From Vampirovibrionaceae bacterium NZW_1234 (GTDB lineage: Bacteria > Cyanobacteriota > Vampirovibrionia > Vampirovibrionales > JAGQHJ01), in contig JBGUGD010000015.1 in the NCBI GenBank assembly GCA_041697335.1, positions 64,001 through 128,000 of the forward strand: a stretch of DNA of 64,000 nt, read 5' to 3'. Shown here in pieces: positions 60,324 to 64,000 of the stretch. The notes beneath the pieces were generated by a model. That model was not told the DNA's origin. It saw only the letters and a list, made by a program, of their open reading frames with translations, and did no database searches. Made by a program: the position numbers and the translations under genes. Each line of letters starts with the position of its first letter. Position 1 is the first letter of the stretch.

Positions 60324-60899
60324 ATGAGCCGTATGAACACCCATCCTGTCAAAATTAAAAAATATGGCAACCGGCGGCTATATGACACTCATCAAAAGCG
60401 CTATATCACGCTGGATGAACTTCGCTGTCTGATTCAGTCCGGCCATGAAGTGTGCGTTGTCGATGCCACCACAGAGGAGGACATTACCCAACCGGTGTTG
60501 ATTCAGTTGATTCTGGATGACCAGAAAGAACACGGCTACCGCATTTTTAGCAGCCAAATGCTGCATCAGTTAATCCAATATCGAGACGAGTCCATTGCCC
60601 TGTTTTATCAGGAGTACCTGCCCCGGATCTTTCAGGCCTATCTGGACTGGCATCATCAAACCCAAGCCCAGTTTTTGAATTGGGCCACCCTGGGCCTGGT
60701 GGCTAATGCCTACTCTCGTGAGTACTGGCTTCCCGGATTGCCGTTTTCTCTTGGGGCATCTTCATCCAGTGATTCAGAGACCTCGGGCACAGCACCTGAA
60801 TCCAAAACAGAACCCCAGGCCGAAATTATCGAACTCCGTCAAAAGGTTGCCCAGCTGGAAACACAGCTGCAGTTACGCCATCAGCGTCACCAACGTTAA
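60324..60899 (+). CDS. phaR: PHA synthesis repressor PhaR
   Basis: IKKYGNRRLYDT...YITL...V.DATT.EDIT..VL.QLI. Confidence 0.92.
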   Translation: MSRMNTHPVKIKKYGNRRLYDTHQKRYITLDELRCLIQSGHEVCVVDATTEEDITQPVLIQLILDDQKEHGYRIFSSQMLHQLIQYRDESIALFYQEYLPRIFQAYLDWHHQTQAQFLNWATLGLVANAYSREYWLPGLPFSLGASSSSDSETSGTAPESKTEPQAEIIELRQKVAQLETQLQLRHQRHQR

Positions 60900-60938
60900 T
60901 GTCATTGTGCAAGTGCACTAGAAAACTAAGGAGGGTCT

Positions 60939-61502
60939 ATGACCACCAGACACAGCCAATATCGCGACAGCGGCGAATCCGACACCAGAACCGCCCTGGA
61001 CATGTGGATGGACTATTACAAAACCGTTATGGAGCAGGGGCTTGAAGTCATGCATCGCGGGACGGAAATGGCCTTTCAAACCCCAACCGGTATGCCCGGC
61101 TGGGATTCCTTTGAAACATGGATGGATGCCTACCAAAGCCGCCTGAATCCCAGTGAAAAGCTGGACAACCAAACCTTGCGCAACATGTACGATGCCTGGG
61201 TGCATGCTTGGGCCGAAAGCATGGAGCGCTGGATGAGCACGCCGGAATTCGTGGCTAAAAGTGGCCAGGATTTGGAACATTTTTCGGAATTTCAGGAAAA
61301 AACCGGCACCATGATGAATCAATACTGGGAAACCCTGCACTTGGCCAGTGCCCGTGATTTGCATGAGGTCTTCCACAAACTGTACCTCATGGATCGCAAG
61401 CTCGACGATATGGATAAACGTCTGCGCCAAATGATGACCCTTATGGAACAGAACACATCCAAACCGACCGGCACCACAAAAAAGAAATCAAGCTCCACCT
61501 AA
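60939..61502 (+). CDS. phaE: class III PHA synthase subunit PhaE
   Basis: Trp-rich helical protein, YDAW...TPEF and L.L.S..D..E...KL..MDRK; directly upstream of phaC. Confidence 0.75.
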   Translation: MTTRHSQYRDSGESDTRTALDMWMDYYKTVMEQGLEVMHRGTEMAFQTPTGMPGWDSFETWMDAYQSRLNPSEKLDNQTLRNMYDAWVHAWAESMERWMSTPEFVAKSGQDLEHFSEFQEKTGTMMNQYWETLHLASARDLHEVFHKLYLMDRKLDDMDKRLRQMMTLMEQNTSKPTGTTKKKSSST

Positions 61503-61524
61503 CGCACCCTGAGGATACGTACCC

Positions 61525-62634
61525 ATGACCAACACGTTTCAAGACATGTTCAATCTGCAACGAGATCTCCTGGAAGAGCATTTTAAAACCATGCAGCGCT
61601 TTCAGAAGGGATTTCACCTGCATCGCAACTGGCAACCCAAGGTCAGCCAAACGCCCCACCAGGTAGTCCTGGAAGAAGGAAAAATCCGACTCCTTCATTA
61701 CCGCTCCCCACAGGGGACACGCTTCAGCCCCCCACTGCTCATTGTCTTTTCGCTCATCAATCGCTCCTATATTCTGGACCTGAAGCCGGGCAAAAGCATT
61801 GTGGAGAAAATGCTGGAGGCTGGCTTTGACGTTTATTTAATCGATTGGGGCGTTCCGGGGCGCAGCGATCAATTTTTAACGCTGGACGATTATATCAATC
61901 GATTTATGCTGCGCGTGATTCAATTTATCCTCGATCATGCCCAGGTACCTTCAATCTCGATGCTGGGCTATTGTATGGGCGGCACCATGGCCGCAATGTT
62001 TACGTCACTGTATCCGGAGCTCGTCAAAAACCTCATGCTCATGGCAGCCCCCATCGATTTTGAGGATAAGAACGGCCTTCTTTACCTGTGGTCCGACAAA
62101 GACCACTTCAATGTCGAAAAACTGGTCAAAGCCATGGGCAATATCCCGCCCTGGTTCTTGCAGTCGGCGTTTACACTCACCAAGCCCATGCAAAACACCG
62201 TCGACAAATACGTCAAATTCTACGATAAGATGGAAGACACACAGTTCGTGGATGACTTTTTAACCTTGGAATACTGGCTGAACGACAATATCCCGCTCTC
62301 GGGGCAGGTGTACAAGCAGTTCGTGGAAGACTGTTTTCATGAGAACCTGCTGGTTCAAAACAAACTGTATCTCAATCAACACCCGGTCAATCTGAACGAG
62401 ATCCGTTGCCCCGTCCTGAGCATTGTGGCCGAACACGATCATCTGGTTCCCCCGTCCTCAAGCCTGGCGATTGAATCGGTCATCGCCAGCAAGGATCATC
62501 AGGTCATTTGTTTTCCATCGGGGCACATCGGACTTTCAGTCAGCAGCAAGGCCATGAAGCAGCTATGGCCCCAGGTGTCAGACTGGCTGGCAGAACGTTC
62601 GGCAGCACTTACCAGCGCGACCAGGCGCATGTAA
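61525..62634 (+). CDS. phaC: class III PHA synthase PhaC
   Basis: LINRSYILDL, DWG, GYCMGG lipase box, DHLVP, GHIG; 369 aa. Confidence 0.93.
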   Translation: MTNTFQDMFNLQRDLLEEHFKTMQRFQKGFHLHRNWQPKVSQTPHQVVLEEGKIRLLHYRSPQGTRFSPPLLIVFSLINRSYILDLKPGKSIVEKMLEAGFDVYLIDWGVPGRSDQFLTLDDYINRFMLRVIQFILDHAQVPSISMLGYCMGGTMAAMFTSLYPELVKNLMLMAAPIDFEDKNGLLYLWSDKDHFNVEKLVKAMGNIPPWFLQSAFTLTKPMQNTVDKYVKFYDKMEDTQFVDDFLTLEYWLNDNIPLSGQVYKQFVEDCFHENLLVQNKLYLNQHPVNLNEIRCPVLSIVAEHDHLVPPSSSLAIESVIASKDHQVICFPSGHIGLSVSSKAMKQLWPQVSDWLAERSAALTSATRRM

Positions 62635-62647
62635 AGGAGACGGCCCC

Positions 62648-63145
62648 ATGAATCATTCTTCCGCCCATTCCTCCATCACCGACGATTTCCAGGCACTTTT
62701 GGCCTCGGGAACCGTAAAGCGCCTTGTCGGGGACCAGGCCAGTCATTCGGTCACCATCTCCGAAGAAATGGTTCGCCAATATGCCACCCTGGTTGGCGAT
62801 GAAAACCCCATTCATATCGACAAGGAAACAGGACGCAAAAGCATTTTCGGGACCAATATTGCCCATGGCATGCTGGTTGGCAGCTTGTTTGGCCCGGTGG
62901 TCGTCAACAAACTCCTGGGCCCCGGGGTCATCTATCGAAGCCAGACCTTGAATTTCGAAGCCCCGGTCCCGGTTGGCGAAAGCGTCATGGCCACGGTCAC
63001 CGTTAAAGAGGTGAAAGAGAAGCCGGATAAGTGTATTTATATTCTTCAAACCGACTGCTTTCTGACCGCCTCACAAAAACCGGTCATTACAGGCGAAGCA
63101 GTGATCATTCAGCTCCTGTCCCCATCTAAGCCCGAAGAATCTTGA
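62648..63145 (+). CDS. phaJ: (R)-specific enoyl-CoA hydratase, MaoC family
   Basis: GDENPIHID, IAHGML, GPG.IY.SQ.L.F.APV. Confidence 0.85.
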   Translation: MNHSSAHSSITDDFQALLASGTVKRLVGDQASHSVTISEEMVRQYATLVGDENPIHIDKETGRKSIFGTNIAHGMLVGSLFGPVVVNKLLGPGVIYRSQTLNFEAPVPVGESVMATVTVKEVKEKPDKCIYILQTDCFLTASQKPVITGEAVIIQLLSPSKPEES

Positions 63146-63421
63146 ACCCCAAGGGTTGTGGCCCCTGGGGACAGATACAATAATTTCAAATAAATTATAT
63201 ATACGATTTCATGCATTTAATGATGGAATACACTAAATTTAGACCCTAGCGCCCCGAGTAGGCGAAATAGGCTAGTTGTAGTAAGATGAGTCACAGCCTG
63301 GGACGCGATTGCTGTGACCCTTGTCCGCAGAGAATACCTTTTAAGCATTTTTCGGATTTCGTGTCTTCTGGTATCGTATACCTTATGTAGAGTGGTGATT
63401 AGAGAATGGAAGAGGGCTTCT

Positions 63422-63973
63422 ATGACTCAACCCGGCCTCACTCTTTGGCTCACAGGATTATCCGGTGCTGGTAAATCAACCCTGGCCCAAGCCCTGGCGG
63501 AGGTTTTGAATCATATGAACCTGCCAGTAGAGATATTGGATGGGGATGAGCTTCGCAAGCACCTGTGTCAGGATCTGGGATTTAGCAAAGCCGATCGGGA
63601 TACCAACGTCCTTCGGGCAGGCTATGTGGCAGGCCTCTTGTCCCGTCATGGGGTCTACACTATTGTGGCCCTCATTTCCCCCTACCAGGAGTCTCGAAAG
63701 GCGGCCCAGGCTAAATCCCAACGGTGCGTAGAAATCTATGTCCAGGCGCCTCTGGAAACCCTTATTCAACGGGATACCAAGGGCCTCTATAAAAAAGCGC
63801 TGGAAGAAAACCTGCCCAACTTTACCGGTATCAGTGACCCCTATGAAGCCCCCATTCACCCGGATATCGTGGTCAACACGGAAGCCCATAACGTTGAAGA
63901 TTGTGTCGCAAAGATTCTCGACCATTTGAAATGCCATCACCTGCTACCCGCCGAGGCCCATGCCCATGCCTGA
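63422..63973 (+). CDS. cysC: adenylyl-sulfate kinase
   Basis: WLTGLSGAGKST, LDGD..R, LGFSK.DR, ISPY, RDTKGLY, FTGISDPYE. Confidence 0.96.
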   Translation: MTQPGLTLWLTGLSGAGKSTLAQALAEVLNHMNLPVEILDGDELRKHLCQDLGFSKADRDTNVLRAGYVAGLLSRHGVYTIVALISPYQESRKAAQAKSQRCVEIYVQAPLETLIQRDTKGLYKKALEENLPNFTGISDPYEAPIHPDIVVNTEAHNVEDCVAKILDHLKCHHLLPAEAHAHA

Positions 63974-64000
63974 GACCATGTTGGATCCCTTGACGGCCCT

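Overview
Bacterial chromosomal window. I found no CRISPR array, rRNA or recognisable mobile element. Housekeeping genes (pheST, uvrA, pyrF, glpX, nrdJ, cysC, tRNA-fMet, an MlaF-like ATPase) alternate with many lineage-specific genes, and there is a compact PHA cluster (phasin-like, phaR, phaE, phaC, phaJ). The gene style suggests a non-photosynthetic cyanobacterial relative such as Vampirovibrionia/Melainabacteria; this is an inference and was not checked by search. The main candidate novel system has three parts. (1) Three tandem Cys-free, Gly-rich proteins (29156-32492) plus a distant relative (55516-56697) carry a C-terminal domain resembling the Ca2+-triggered Asp-Pro self-processing/cross-linking module of Neisseria FrpC, but without RTX repeats or a signal peptide. 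(2) About nine unrelated proteins, including a Lon, an amylomaltase and a lethal-factor-like metalloprotease, share an N-terminal low-complexity leader ending in an 'RFG'-like motif, which may be an export or targeting signal. (3) A conserved ~55-bp promoter element precedes unrelated low-complexity genes 48 kb apart. Several unannotated structured RNA or attenuator candidates and operator palindromes were also seen. All family assignments come from motif recognition by eye; no searches were run.
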